A stretch of 64,000 nucleotides of DNA from Acrocarpospora phusangensis (lineage in GTDB: Bacteria; Actinomycetota; Actinomycetes; Streptosporangiales; Streptosporangiaceae), in the NCBI RefSeq assembly GCF_016862995.1, contig NZ_BOOA01000031.1:1-64000 (forward strand), read 5' to 3'. The notes under the pieces were generated by a model that did not search any database, had not been told where the DNA came from, and saw only the letters and a program-made list of their open reading frames with translations. This document shows, one piece after another, positions 28,892 to 38,669 of this stretch. The position numbers and the translations under genes were made by a program. Within the stretch, counting starts at the first letter, position 1. Each line of letters starts with the position of its first letter.

Positions 28892-29329
28892 TCAGCCCCT
28901 CGTCCAGTTCTCGATCCGCCGGCGCTCGGCCATGACCCGCTCGATGTGCTCGCGTTCGGCCTGGCGGCGGCCCGCCTCGTCGCGCAGTTGCGCGGAGAGC
29001 GGGTCCAGCATGCGGCGGGCGTACCGGGTGTAGCGCCAGGCCAGCAGGAAGGTCGAGACGAACTGCAGCACGCCGAGGAGCAGGGCCATGTTGATGTGGC
29101 CGAAGGCCGGGCGGGCCATGAAGTCGCGGGCGAACGCGGACAGCGCGATGTACAGGAAGTACCAGCCCAGGAAGGACGCGACGAGCGTGCAGGCCAGGCG
29201 GCGGAACCTGGTCCTGAGCAGGCGGAACCGGTCGTCTTGGGCGAGGGCGGTGAATTCGCCGGGGACGGCGGCGCGGCGCGGCGTCTCGGCCATCGGCCCT
29301 CCCATGGTCACCGTCTGTGCTCGTGTCAC
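28892..29329 (-). CDS. DUF485 (YjcH-like) membrane protein, actP partner
   Basis: Two TM helices. Conserved operon partner of ActP. The true start is probably internal (MGGPMAE or MAETPRR). Confidence 0.75.
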   Translation of the reverse strand: MTRAQTVTMGGPMAETPRRAAVPGEFTALAQDDRFRLLRTRFRRLACTLVASFLGWYFLYIALSAFARDFMARPAFGHINMALLLGVLQFVSTFLLAWRYTRYARRMLDPLSAQLRDEAGRRQAEREHIERVMAERRRIENWTRG

Positions 29330-29389
29330 TTCACAACGAAACCAAACGATAAGGGCGGGTGCTGGCTTTTTCCGGAAAACGCCGAATAA

Positions 29390-30253
29390 CTAATCGGCTT
29401 CGGCGCTGCCGCTCACCCGGAGCTTGCGCCGGGCCCGCTCGTAGAAGGTGGTGGTGCCGAGCCGTACGACATGGGCGGCCGAACGCCGGGCGCTCACGGT
29501 GATCGACTCGCCGGGGTCGAGGTGGCCGCCGACCTGGCCGTCCACCTCGACGGCGAGGCGACCGCTGGAGGGCAGCACGTCCAGGGTGACCTCCTCGTCG
29601 ATGGAGAGCACCAGGGCCCGGTTGAAGGTGGAGTGGGCGGCGGCGGGCACCACCAGGAAGCCCTCCACGGTGGGCGAGACGATCGGCCCCCCGGCCGAGA
29701 AGCTGTACGCGGTGGACCCCGTCGAGGTGGCCACGATGACCGCGTCGGCGGCGAGCCGGACGAACGGGTGACCCTCCACCGAGACCGACACGGCGGCCAG
29801 GCCGTCGCCGGGCGTGCGGACCAGGGCGATGTCGTTGAAGGCCCGCCGCTCGCCCTCCCGGGGGAGCATGGCCTGGATGGCCATCCGCGGCTCGATCGTG
29901 TACTGGCGGTTGTCGATGGCGGACAGGGCGGGCTGGAGCTCGTGCACGTCGATCTCGGCGAGGAAGCCGAGTTTGCCCAGGTTGACGCCGAGCACGGGGG
30001 TGCTGCGGCCGGCGTTGAGGCGCATCGCGCGCAGCATGGTGCCGTCGCCGCCCAGGCTCACCAGCAGGTTGGAGCGCCCGGCGAGCGCGGCCGCGTCCAC
30101 GGGGACGGCGCTGCAGTCGATGCGGTCGACCTCCTCGTGCAGGCCGAGCACGGTCACGTCGCGGCTCCTGGCCCAATCGATGATCGTCTGGATGGCCTCT
30201 CTGGAGTCCCGCTTCGGGTGCAGGACCATACCGACCGTACTCACCATGCCCAT
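29390..30253 (-). CDS. nadK: NAD(+) kinase
   Basis: 'VSLGGDGTMLRA' GGDG motif. 287 aa. Confidence 0.85.
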   Translation of the reverse strand: MGMVSTVGMVLHPKRDSREAIQTIIDWARSRDVTVLGLHEEVDRIDCSAVPVDAAALAGRSNLLVSLGGDGTMLRAMRLNAGRSTPVLGVNLGKLGFLAEIDVHELQPALSAIDNRQYTIEPRMAIQAMLPREGERRAFNDIALVRTPGDGLAAVSVSVEGHPFVRLAADAVIVATSTGSTAYSFSAGGPIVSPTVEGFLVVPAAAHSTFNRALVLSIDEEVTLDVLPSSGRLAVEVDGQVGGHLDPGESITVSARRSAAHVVRLGTTTFYERARRKLRVSGSAEAD

Positions 30254-30338
30254 GGGGTAACTCTAGGTGAACCATCTGAACCCCGACTCATCGGCCGTAG
30301 TCCCATAAGGACAGAAATCAGATGAAATATTGATCTCC

Positions 30339-30365
30339 GGAACCCGTGTAAGTAGATTTCACGTT
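30339..30365 (+). promoter_or_regulatory. candidate ECF-sigma-type promoter (GGAAC-N18-CGTT) about 40 nt upstream of the NfeD-like/flotillin operon
   Basis: Direct reading: 'GGAACccgtgtaagtagatttcaCGTT' in the AT-richer 150-bp intergenic region before 30404. Confidence 0.35.
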
Positions 30366-30403
30366 CAGCTGTCCAGGGGGCTTGGCGACGGCCGGAGGGC
30401 GGC

Positions 30404-30946
30404 ATGAGCGACTTGGTGGAAACGGCGCTGGAGTTTCCCGCCGTCCTGTTCACGTTCGCGCTGCTGGTCGTGCTGGTGTTCTGGGTGCTCGTGGTGACCG
30501 GGCTGGCCGATCTGGACGACGGCGAATTGCTGAGCATTCCGATGGCCGCGGCGGTCTCGTTTTTCGTGGCCGTGGCCTGGTTCGTCACGCTCGCCGGAAC
30601 ACATCTCTTCACTGGTGGCCCGGCCCGGGTCGCCGTGCTCGCCGTCGCGCTGGCCGGGGGCTGGCTCAGCGCGCGCCTGCTGCTGTCCGCCGTGCGCAAG
30701 GCGCTGCCCGCGGTCCGGGCGCCGTCCCGTACGGACTTCGTCGGCCGCCTCTGCGTGCTCCGCACCAGCACGGTGACCCGGGATTTCGGCCAAGCCGAAG
30801 TGCACGCCGAGGACGGCTCCTCCGCGGTGATCCAGGTCCGGCAGACCGGCACCGACACCTTCCGCGCGGGCGGCACCGCGCTGATCTTCGACTATGACGC
30901 GGAAGGCGAGTTCTTCTGGGTCATGCCCTACGAGGGGGAACTCTGA
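30404..30946 (+). CDS. NfeD-like / YqiJ-family membrane protein (TM helices plus C-terminal OB-fold)
   Basis: Three N-terminal TM helices. C-terminal beta-rich segment typical of NfeD OB domains. Stop TGA immediately abuts the flotillin ATG. Confidence 0.7.
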   Translation: MSDLVETALEFPAVLFTFALLVVLVFWVLVVTGLADLDDGELLSIPMAAAVSFFVAVAWFVTLAGTHLFTGGPARVAVLAVALAGGWLSARLLLSAVRKALPAVRAPSRTDFVGRLCVLRTSTVTRDFGQAEVHAEDGSSAVIQVRQTGTDTFRAGGTALIFDYDAEGEFFWVMPYEGEL

Positions 30947-33031
30947 ATGGACGTCATCTCCGCCGGGTTCGGCATCTTAGTCGCCGTCATCCTGCTGATC
31001 GTGATCGGTCTGGTGTTCATCATCAGCCGCCTGTTCCGCAAGGTGGAGCAGGGTAAGGCGCTGATCGTCTCCAAGGTGCGCCGGGTGGACGTGACGTTCA
31101 CGGGCGCGGTCGTGCTGCCCGTGGTGCACAAGGCCGAGGTGATGGACATCTCGGTCAAGACCATCGAGATCGAGCGGTCCGGCAACGAGGGGCTGATCTG
31201 CCGGGACAACATCAGGGCCGACATCCGGATCACCTTCTTCGTCCGGGTCAACAAGACCGCGGAGGACGTGGTGAAGGTGGCCCAGGCCATCGGCACCGCC
31301 AGGGCCAGCGACGAGGGCACCCTGCAGACGCTGTTCAACGCCAAGTTCTCCGAGGCGCTCAAGACGGTCGGCAAGCACCTGGACTTCGTCGACCTGTACA
31401 CCAAGCGGGACGAGTTCCGGGACCAGATCCTGCGCGTCATCGGCACCGACCTCAATGGGTACAGCCTGGAGGACGCGGCCATCGACTACCTGGAGCAGAC
31501 GCCGCTGGCCAAGCTGGACCCGGCCAACATCCTGGACGCCCAGGGCATCCGCAAGATCACCGAGTTGACCGCCATCGAGCACGTGCGCACCAACGAGTTC
31601 CAGCGCAACGAGGAGAAGGAGATCACCCGGCAGAACGTGGACGCCCGGGAGGCCATCCTGGAGCTGGAGCGCCGCCAGGCCGACGCGGAGACCAAGCAGA
31701 AGCGCGAGGTCGAGACCATGCAGGCGCGCGAGGAGGCGGAGACCGCCAAGGTGCGCGCCGAGGAGCGCCTCAAGGCCGAGGCCGCGGCGGTGCGGACGGA
31801 CGAGCAGCTGGGCATCCAGCGGCAGAACCGGGACCGGGAGATCGCCGTCGCGCAGAAGAACCGCGAGCGGGTCATCGCCATCGAGACCGAGCGCATCGAG
31901 AAGGACCGCCTGCTCGAGGTGATCGCCAGGGAGCGGGAGACCGAACTCTCCACGATCGCCAAGGACAAGGAGATCGAGGTCGAGAGGCGGGCCATCGCCG
32001 AGGTGACGCGGGAGCGCATCGCGGTCGACAAGACGGTGGCCGAGCAGGAGGAGCACATCAAGCGGCTGCGCGTGGTGGAGGAGGCCGAGCGCACCCGCCA
32101 GGCCGTCATCATCGGCGCCGAGGCCGAGGCCCAGGAGAACCTGGTCAAGGACATCAAGGCGGCCGAGGCCGCCGAGCAGGCCGCCAAGTTCCGGGCCCGC
32201 GAGGAACTGGTGCTGGCCGAGGCCCGGCAGCAGGCGGCCGAGCTGGACGCCCGCGCCAAGATCCGGCTGGCCGAGGGCGTGCAGGCCGAAGCGGCCGCGG
32301 CCGGCCTGGCCGAGGTGCAGGTCAAGGAGCGGGACGCGGCCGCCATCGAGAAGGTGGGCCGGGCCCAGGCCGCCGTCGAGCGGGAGAAGGCCCTGGCGAG
32401 CGCGGAGGGCACCCGGGAGCGGCTGAAGGCCGAGGCGGACGGCGAGCAGGCCAAGGCCCTGTCCGCCGCCATGATGGTGGGCGAGAAGCTGAAGGCCGAG
32501 GCGGAGGGCCTGACCGAGAAGGCCGCCGCGATCGCCGCGATGACCGACGCGGGCCGGGGCCACGAGGAGTACCGGCTGCGCCTTGAGGCCGAGAAGGAGA
32601 TCCGGCTGGCCGGGGTCAAGGCGCATCGCGAGGTCGCCGAGGCGCAGGCCGCCGTGCTCTCCGCGGGGCTCCAGCAGGCCAGCATCGACATCGTCGGCGG
32701 CGACTCGGTGTTCCTGGACAAGCTGGTCGGCTCGGTCGCGCTGGGCAAGAGCGTGGACGGGTTCCTGGACAGCTCCGAGGCGGCGCGGTCGATCGCGGCG
32801 CCGTACCTGAACGGGACGGGGAGCCTGGCCGACGACCTGGCGAAGATCGTCAATGGGGTGGACAGCGCGGACGTGCGGAACCTGACGCTGTCGGCGTTCC
32901 TGCTGCGGCTGATCCAGACCGGTGGCGCGGACACCGACAAGCTGCGTGAGCTGCTGACCACCGCGCAGCGGCTCGGCGTGGCCGAGGCCCCCATGGCCAC
33001 GGTCGCCGCGCTCGACCCGGCCAAGTCGTGA
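30947..33031 (+). CDS. flotillin-family SPFH/Band-7 protein (YqiK/FloT-like)
   Basis: N-terminal TM. SPFH domain ('ALIVSKVRRVDVTFTGAVVLPVVHKAEVMDISVKTIEIE'). About 400 aa of Glu/Ala/Arg-rich coiled coil. Flotillin C-terminal region. Confidence 0.85.
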   Translation: MDVISAGFGILVAVILLIVIGLVFIISRLFRKVEQGKALIVSKVRRVDVTFTGAVVLPVVHKAEVMDISVKTIEIERSGNEGLICRDNIRADIRITFFVRVNKTAEDVVKVAQAIGTARASDEGTLQTLFNAKFSEALKTVGKHLDFVDLYTKRDEFRDQILRVIGTDLNGYSLEDAAIDYLEQTPLAKLDPANILDAQGIRKITELTAIEHVRTNEFQRNEEKEITRQNVDAREAILELERRQADAETKQKREVETMQAREEAETAKVRAEERLKAEAAAVRTDEQLGIQRQNRDREIAVAQKNRERVIAIETERIEKDRLLEVIARERETELSTIAKDKEIEVERRAIAEVTRERIAVDKTVAEQEEHIKRLRVVEEAERTRQAVIIGAEAEAQENLVKDIKAAEAAEQAAKFRAREELVLAEARQQAAELDARAKIRLAEGVQAEAAAAGLAEVQVKERDAAAIEKVGRAQAAVEREKALASAEGTRERLKAEADGEQAKALSAAMMVGEKLKAEAEGLTEKAAAIAAMTDAGRGHEEYRLRLEAEKEIRLAGVKAHREVAEAQAAVLSAGLQQASIDIVGGDSVFLDKLVGSVALGKSVDGFLDSSEAARSIAAPYLNGTGSLADDLAKIVNGVDSADVRNLTLSAFLLRLIQTGGADTDKLRELLTTAQRLGVAEAPMATVAALDPAKS

Positions 33032-36000
33032 CCGCCGATGTCGAGAAGGCCGATGTCGAGAAGGCCGATGTCGTGACGGCCGGTCTGGACGCGGGCACGT
33101 ACGAGATCCTGCGGGCCCGGCTGGCCGGGCAGGCCGGCGAGCTGGCCGCCGCGGCGGAGCAGCTCAACCAGCGGCGGCTCGGCGTGTTCGGCAGCTCCGA
33201 GCTGCGGCTGATCGGGACCGAGCGGATCAGGACCGAGAACAACTGCGTGCCCAGGGACATCGTCTCGGCCGGGGACACGATGGTGTTCGGCTACAACGTG
33301 TTCATCGGGCTGAAGCCGCAGACCGCGGTGGCGGACGTCTTCGCCTTCCACCGGTTCTCCCGGGACGGGGACGCCTTCCGGTTCGACGACGCGCCCAGCC
33401 TGTTCACCGACCCGCAGTTCGAGCGGGACTTCGGCGAGCTGTACCGGTACTACAAGGAGACGCGCCTGCTGCAGCTGCGCCGGGTGGAAGGGCGGCTGCT
33501 GGCGGTCTTCCAGACCGGGCCGCAGGACATCCGGGTGCTGCGCTGGGCGGTCGGCAACGACGGCGGGCTCACCTACCTGGACAACCGGGGCGAGCGCGAC
33601 CACGTGTTCCCGCCCGCGCACGACTTCGAGTGGGTGGAGACCACCCGGGACGACCACGTGCTGGGACGGCATCCGCACATCTCGATCGGGGGCGAGGTGT
33701 TCGTCGAGACGGTCGGCGGCGACCTCACCATCAAGGTCGAGAACAACACGGAGACGGGGGAGGGCGTCTACCGGGAGCCGGTGGCGGAGCCGCTGCAGAG
33801 CCTGGCCGACGCGGACGTCTGGCACGCGCGGGTGGGGCCGCTGATCCTGCTGAAGATCAGGCCGTACAAGGAGACCGAGTGGCGGTACCTGGTGTTCAAC
33901 ACCAGGACCAGGGAGGTCGTACGGCTGGACGGCATCGGGCAGGCGTGCCGGCGGCTGCCGGAGGACCAGGGGATCATCTTCCCGGGCGGCTACTACCTGA
34001 CGACCGGCGTCGTGAAGACCTTCGAGACCGACGTGGCCAGCCTGGAGTACGAGCGGGTCATCCGGGCCGAGGAGGACGTGCTCTACGTCTTCCACGCCCG
34101 GGAGGAGGGGCGCTCGCTGCTGCTGCCGTACAACGTGATCCGCAAGGAGGTGGCGACGCCGATCTCCTGCCACGGCTACTCGCTGTTCGACGACGGCACG
34201 CTCGTGGTGTTCAAGGCGGTGTCGGACGAGCCGACCCGGGTGCATCCGATGCAGGTGTGGCAGACGCCGTACCAGACGGAGACGGCGGCGCCGACCGGGA
34301 CCGGGCCGCTGGAGCGGATCGGCAACGGGGAGCTGGTCCGGGGCATCTCGGACTGCCTGTCGATCACCCGGATGGTGCGGGAGATGTCGCCGGCCGCGCC
34401 GGTCTTCGAGGCGCTGATCGCGGCCTGCGAGCGGGCCTTCGACGCCTACCACTGGCTGGGCGAGCACGGGCTGCGGGAGCCGCTGACCGCGCTGCGGGCC
34501 ACCGCCGAGCAGGTGCTCGACGAGTTCGAGAACGTGCAGGAGATGACCGCGCAGGCCGTGCTCGCGCTGGACGAGGCGGCGGCGCGGATCAAGGCCGTCG
34601 ACGGGGACGGGGTGACCCGGCTGGCCGAGCTGCGGCGGGCGCAGGGGCACCTGGTGACGCTGCGGGAGCGGCGGCACATGGACCTGGCCCGGCTGGACGG
34701 CATGGCGGCGGGCCTAGCCGAGGAGCTGGCCGCGACCGCCGGGCGGGTGGTCGGGCAACTGCGGGACGCGGACGCGTTCACCGGCTACCACGACGAGGTG
34801 AACCGGCTGGCCGCCGACGCGGAGGCGATCACCACCGTGGCCGGGGCGGGACCGGTCACCGACCGGCTCGACCGGCAGGCGACCGGCCTGGAGACCCTCG
34901 TCGAGGTCGTCGGCACGCTCGACGTCGACGCCACCGCGCGCACCGCCATCCTGGAGCACGTCGGATCGGTGCTGGCCGGGATCAACCGGGCCAGGGCCAC
35001 CCTGGACGCGCGCCGCCGCGAACTGCTGGGCAGCGAGGGACGCGCGGCCTTCGCCGCCGAGTTCGCGCTGCTCGGACAGGCCGTCGCCGCCGCGCTCGCC
35101 GGGTCCGGCACGCCGGAGCGCTGCGACGAGCAACTCGGGCGGCTGCTGCTCCAGCTGGAAGGGCTGGAGTCGCGGTTCACCGACTTCGACGACTTCCTCG
35201 CCCAGCTGGAACGCAAACGGGAGGACGTCTACGAGGCGTTCTCGGCGCGCAAGCAGACCCTGCTGGACGAGCGGGCGCGCCGGGCCGACCGCCTGGTGGA
35301 GTCCGCGGACCGCATCCTCGGCAGCGTACGGCGTCGCTCGGCCGCCCTGGCAAGCCTCGACGAGGTCAACACCTACTTCGCCACCGACCCGATGGTGGGC
35401 AAACTGCGCGGGGTCGCCGAGGAGCTGCGCGAACTCGGCGACCAGGTGCGGGCCGAGGAGCTGGACGGCCGGGTACGGGCCGCCCGCCAGGAGGCCGGGC
35501 GCAGCCTCCGCGACCGCCTCGACCTGTTCGACGGCGACGCCGTACGGCTGGGCAGGCACCGGTTCGCCGTCAACACCCAGCCCGCGGACCTGACCCTGGT
35601 GCCGCACGAGGGCGGCCTGGCCTTCGCCATCACCGGCACCGACTACCGCTCGCCCGTCGCCGACCCGGCCTTCGCGGACACCCGGCCGTTCTGGAACCAG
35701 CTCCTGATCTCCGAGACCGCCGAGGTCTACCGCGCGGAGCACCTGGCCACCGCCGTGCTCGCGGCCGGGAACCCGCCCGAGGGCGACCTGCTGGCGCACG
35801 TACGGCGGGCCGCCGAGGAACGTTTCGACGAGGGCTACGAGCGGGGCGTGCACGACCACGACGCCGCCGCGATCCTGGACGTGCTCCGCCACCTGCACGC
35901 GGGCGCCGGCCTGCTGCGCTACCCCGCGCCGGCCCGCGCCGCCGCCCAGTTCTTCTGGGCCTTCGGCACGGACGAGCCCGCCCGCGCCCGCTGGACGACA

Positions 36001-37806
36001 CGGGCGCGCTCGCTCGCGCGGGCCCGGGAGCTGTTCGGCGGGACGGCGGCGGCCATCGCGGAGCTGCGCGGCGAACTGGCCGAGGCCGTCACCGCCTTCG
36101 CGGGCGAACACGGGCTCACGGCCGACCAGGACGCGGCCGAGTATCTCGTCGAGGAACTGGCCGACCACGCCGACGGGTTCGTGACCAGCGCCGAAGTCCG
36201 CTCATTCCTGGACAGATTCCGCGGCTCACTCGGACCGGAACGGGCGGCGGCGCTCACCGGGGAACTGGGCACGCTCGACCTGTGGGCCCGCCACCAGCTC
36301 GCCCTGGCCTGGCTGACCGCCTACGCGACGACCGCCGGCGGGACGGACCTGCTGCCGGAGGCGGTCGCGGTGCTCCTGTGCGACCTGCCCCGGCAGGAGT
36401 CGTCGGCGGCGCTGACCGGCACGGCCGACGGGCTGCTCGGCGCGCACCCCCGCATCGACGGGCGGCGGCTGGAGATTCGGCTGGACGAGATCCTGGCGCG
36501 CACCCGGCGGTTCCGCGACGAGCGCATGCCCGCCTACCGCGACTACCAGCGCCGGCGGGGCGAACTCGTCGAGGCGGAGCGGCTGCGGCTGCGGCTGGCG
36601 GAGTTCCGGCCGAACGTGATGAACGCCTTCGTACGCAACCGGCTGCTGGACGAGGTCTACCTGCCGCTGATCGGCGACAACCTGGCCAAGCAGCTGGGGG
36701 ACGGGAACCGCGTCGACCAGATGGGCATGCTGCTGCTCATCTCGCCGCCCGGCTACGGCAAGACCACCCTGATGGAGTACGTGGCCGGCCGCCTCGGGCT
36801 GGTCTTCGTCAAGGTCAACGGCCCGGCGCTCGGTCACACGGTGACCTCCGTGGACCCGGCCGAGGCGCCCAGCGCGACCGCGCGGCAGGAGATCGAGAAG
36901 ATCTCGTTCGCGCTGGAGTGCGGCAACAACGTGCTGCTCTACCTGGACGACATCCAGCACACCTCGCCGGAGCTGCTGCAGAAGTTCATCTCGCTGTGCG
37001 ACGCGCAGCGCCGGATGGAGGGCGTCTGGAACGGGCGCGCCCGGACGTACGACCTGCGCGGCAAACGCTTCGCGGTGTGCATGGCGGGCAATCCGTACAC
37101 CGAGTCGGGGCAGCGGTTCCGCATCCCCGACATGCTGGCCAACCGGGCCGACGTCTGGAACCTCGGCGAGGTCCTGTCCGGCAGGGACGAGCTGTTCGCG
37201 CTCAGCTACATCGAGAACGCGCTGACCTCCAACGACGTGCTGGCCCCCGGCGCCGACCGCGGCGACATCGCCCAGCTCGTACGGCTCGCGCGCGGCGAGG
37301 GCAACGCCGACCAGCTCGACCATCCGTACGGGGCGGCCGAGCTGGAGCAGGTGCTGGGCGTGCTGCGGAACCTGCTGCGCGTGCAGGAGGTGGTGCTGGC
37401 GGTGAACCGCGCCTACATCGCGTCGGCTGCGCAGGCGGACGCCAGCCGTACCGAGCCGCCGTTCCTGCTGCAGGGCTCGTACCGGAACATGAACAAGCTC
37501 GCCCAGCGGGTGGTGCCGGTGATGAACGAGACCGAGCTCAACGCCATGATCGACGATCACTACCTGGGGGAGGCGCAGACGCTCACCTCGGGCGCGGAGG
37601 CCAACCTGCTGAAGCTGGCCGAGCTGCGCGGCACGCTTGGCCCGGCCCAGAGTGCCCGGTGGGCGGAGGTCAAGGCCGGCTACCTCAGGGAGCGCGCCCT
37701 CGGCGGGGACGGCGACGACCCGATGAGCCGGGCGGTGGGCGCGATCGGCCTGCTCGCCGACCGCGTCTCCGGCATCGAGAAGGCCCTCACCAGAGGCGAG
37801 ACCTAG
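33028..37806 (+). CDS. giant (1592 aa) multidomain protein with C-terminal AAA+ (AAA_5/MoxR-like) ATPase; function unknown
   Basis: GTGA overlap with the flotillin stop. N-terminal ~450 aa beta-rich domain(s). A long helical middle. Walker A 'ISPPGYGKTT' and Walker B-like 'VLLYLDDIQH' near aa 1240-1310. Sensor-1 'CMAGNP'. The alternative frame 33630..38000 is Gly/Arg junk. Confidence 0.8.
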   Translation: MTADVEKADVEKADVVTAGLDAGTYEILRARLAGQAGELAAAAEQLNQRRLGVFGSSELRLIGTERIRTENNCVPRDIVSAGDTMVFGYNVFIGLKPQTAVADVFAFHRFSRDGDAFRFDDAPSLFTDPQFERDFGELYRYYKETRLLQLRRVEGRLLAVFQTGPQDIRVLRWAVGNDGGLTYLDNRGERDHVFPPAHDFEWVETTRDDHVLGRHPHISIGGEVFVETVGGDLTIKVENNTETGEGVYREPVAEPLQSLADADVWHARVGPLILLKIRPYKETEWRYLVFNTRTREVVRLDGIGQACRRLPEDQGIIFPGGYYLTTGVVKTFETDVASLEYERVIRAEEDVLYVFHAREEGRSLLLPYNVIRKEVATPISCHGYSLFDDGTLVVFKAVSDEPTRVHPMQVWQTPYQTETAAPTGTGPLERIGNGELVRGISDCLSITRMVREMSPAAPVFEALIAACERAFDAYHWLGEHGLREPLTALRATAEQVLDEFENVQEMTAQAVLALDEAAARIKAVDGDGVTRLAELRRAQGHLVTLRERRHMDLARLDGMAAGLAEELAATAGRVVGQLRDADAFTGYHDEVNRLAADAEAITTVAGAGPVTDRLDRQATGLETLVEVVGTLDVDATARTAILEHVGSVLAGINRARATLDARRRELLGSEGRAAFAAEFALLGQAVAAALAGSGTPERCDEQLGRLLLQLEGLESRFTDFDDFLAQLERKREDVYEAFSARKQTLLDERARRADRLVESADRILGSVRRRSAALASLDEVNTYFATDPMVGKLRGVAEELRELGDQVRAEELDGRVRAARQEAGRSLRDRLDLFDGDAVRLGRHRFAVNTQPADLTLVPHEGGLAFAITGTDYRSPVADPAFADTRPFWNQLLISETAEVYRAEHLATAVLAAGNPPEGDLLAHVRRAAEERFDEGYERGVHDHDAAAILDVLRHLHAGAGLLRYPAPARAAAQFFWAFGTDEPARARWTTRARSLARARELFGGTAAAIAELRGELAEAVTAFAGEHGLTADQDAAEYLVEELADHADGFVTSAEVRSFLDRFRGSLGPERAAALTGELGTLDLWARHQLALAWLTAYATTAGGTDLLPEAVAVLLCDLPRQESSAALTGTADGLLGAHPRIDGRRLEIRLDEILARTRRFRDERMPAYRDYQRRRGELVEAERLRLRLAEFRPNVMNAFVRNRLLDEVYLPLIGDNLAKQLGDGNRVDQMGMLLLISPPGYGKTTLMEYVAGRLGLVFVKVNGPALGHTVTSVDPAEAPSATARQEIEKISFALECGNNVLLYLDDIQHTSPELLQKFISLCDAQRRMEGVWNGRARTYDLRGKRFAVCMAGNPYTESGQRFRIPDMLANRADVWNLGEVLSGRDELFALSYIENALTSNDVLAPGADRGDIAQLVRLARGEGNADQLDHPYGAAELEQVLGVLRNLLRVQEVVLAVNRAYIASAAQADASRTEPPFLLQGSYRNMNKLAQRVVPVMNETELNAMIDDHYLGEAQTLTSGAEANLLKLAELRGTLGPAQSARWAEVKAGYLRERALGGDGDDPMSRAVGAIGLLADRVSGIEKALTRGET

Positions 37807-38669
37807 AGGGCGGCGCGGTAGACGTCCCCGACGAGCTTGGTGATCTTCTTCGTGGCGTCGGCCCAGGGGGTGGTCTGGGTCGTCAGCAGGACCATGATGT
37901 AGCGGTCGCCGAGCACGCCGGTGGTGTGCAGGACCGGGTGCACGAAGTCCACGTCGGCCGACGCGGCGCGGGCGCGTACGCACGTGGAGGGCGGCACTGA
38001 GCCGTACCCGGACCAGCCCTGCTTGACCGCCCAGGGCTTGGGCACGGCCCGGGGAATGCCGAAGAACTGGTCGAAGCCGTCGCTGCCGCACTGGCCGGCC
38101 TTGCGCAGCTGAGTCATGATCGTGTCGCGGACCTTGGGCTCGGCCTTCTCCAGCAGGTAGCGGTAGACCTTGGCGATGTCGAGCGCGCTGATGGCGGTGT
38201 AACCCCAGAAGCCCGGTTTGTCGGCGGGCGGCGGGCCGGTGTCGGTCAGGCCGAGGCGCTTGGACATCCGCAGAATGATCTTGCCTTGGCCGCCGCGCCG
38301 CCACAGGGCGGTGGCCGCGTTGTCGTCGCTGACGCGCAGCATCGGCTGGAGCAGTGCCAGGTCGGGCTTGGCGACGTCCTCAAGGTGGTCGATGGCGATC
38401 AGCAGCTTGACGACCGAGGCGGACCGGAAACGTTTGTGCACGTTCCGGAAGACGGTCACCTTGCGGGCCTGGCGGTCGAAGACGACGTAGCCCGCCGTCA
38501 CTCCCTTGGGCACGAGCACGGGCTTGCGCGCGGTCCGGGTGGGGGAGGGCGTGGCCTCGGAGACGAACGAGGCCGCCTTCGACACCGGGACTTCCGCCTC
38601 CGGCGCGCAGCCGGCGACGGCGGGAGCGGCGAGAAGAAGGGCAACGGAGGCCACCATGGTCGGGCGCAC
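37803..38669 (-). CDS. class A beta-lactamase-like serine hydrolase lipoprotein
   Basis: Lipobox 'VAGCAP'. SxxK 'SASVVK', SDN 'VSDDN' and KTG-like 'KQGWSG' motifs. Confidence 0.65.
   Translation of the reverse strand: MRPTMVASVALLLAAPAVAGCAPEAEVPVSKAASFVSEATPSPTRTARKPVLVPKGVTAGYVVFDRQARKVTVFRNVHKRFRSASVVKLLIAIDHLEDVAKPDLALLQPMLRVSDDNAATALWRRGGQGKIILRMSKRLGLTDTGPPPADKPGFWGYTAISALDIAKVYRYLLEKAEPKVRDTIMTQLRKAGQCGSDGFDQFFGIPRAVPKPWAVKQGWSGYGSVPPSTCVRARAASADVDFVHPVLHTTGVLGDRYIMVLLTTQTTPWADATKKITKLVGDVYRAAL

Noticed and set aside
31486-34677. 1063-aa minus-strand ORF antisense to the flotillin and giant ATPase genes
   Set aside because: Arg/Pro/Leu-rich antisense frame with no motifs.
33630-38000. 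1456-aa plus-strand ORF inside the giant ATPase gene
   Set aside because: Gly/Arg/Ala/Pro-rich alternative frame. The 33028..37806 frame carries the AAA+ motifs and balanced composition.
36226-38304. 692-aa minus-strand ORF
   Set aside because: Arg/Pro/Gly-rich antisense of the giant ATPase 3' end and the lipoprotein gene region.
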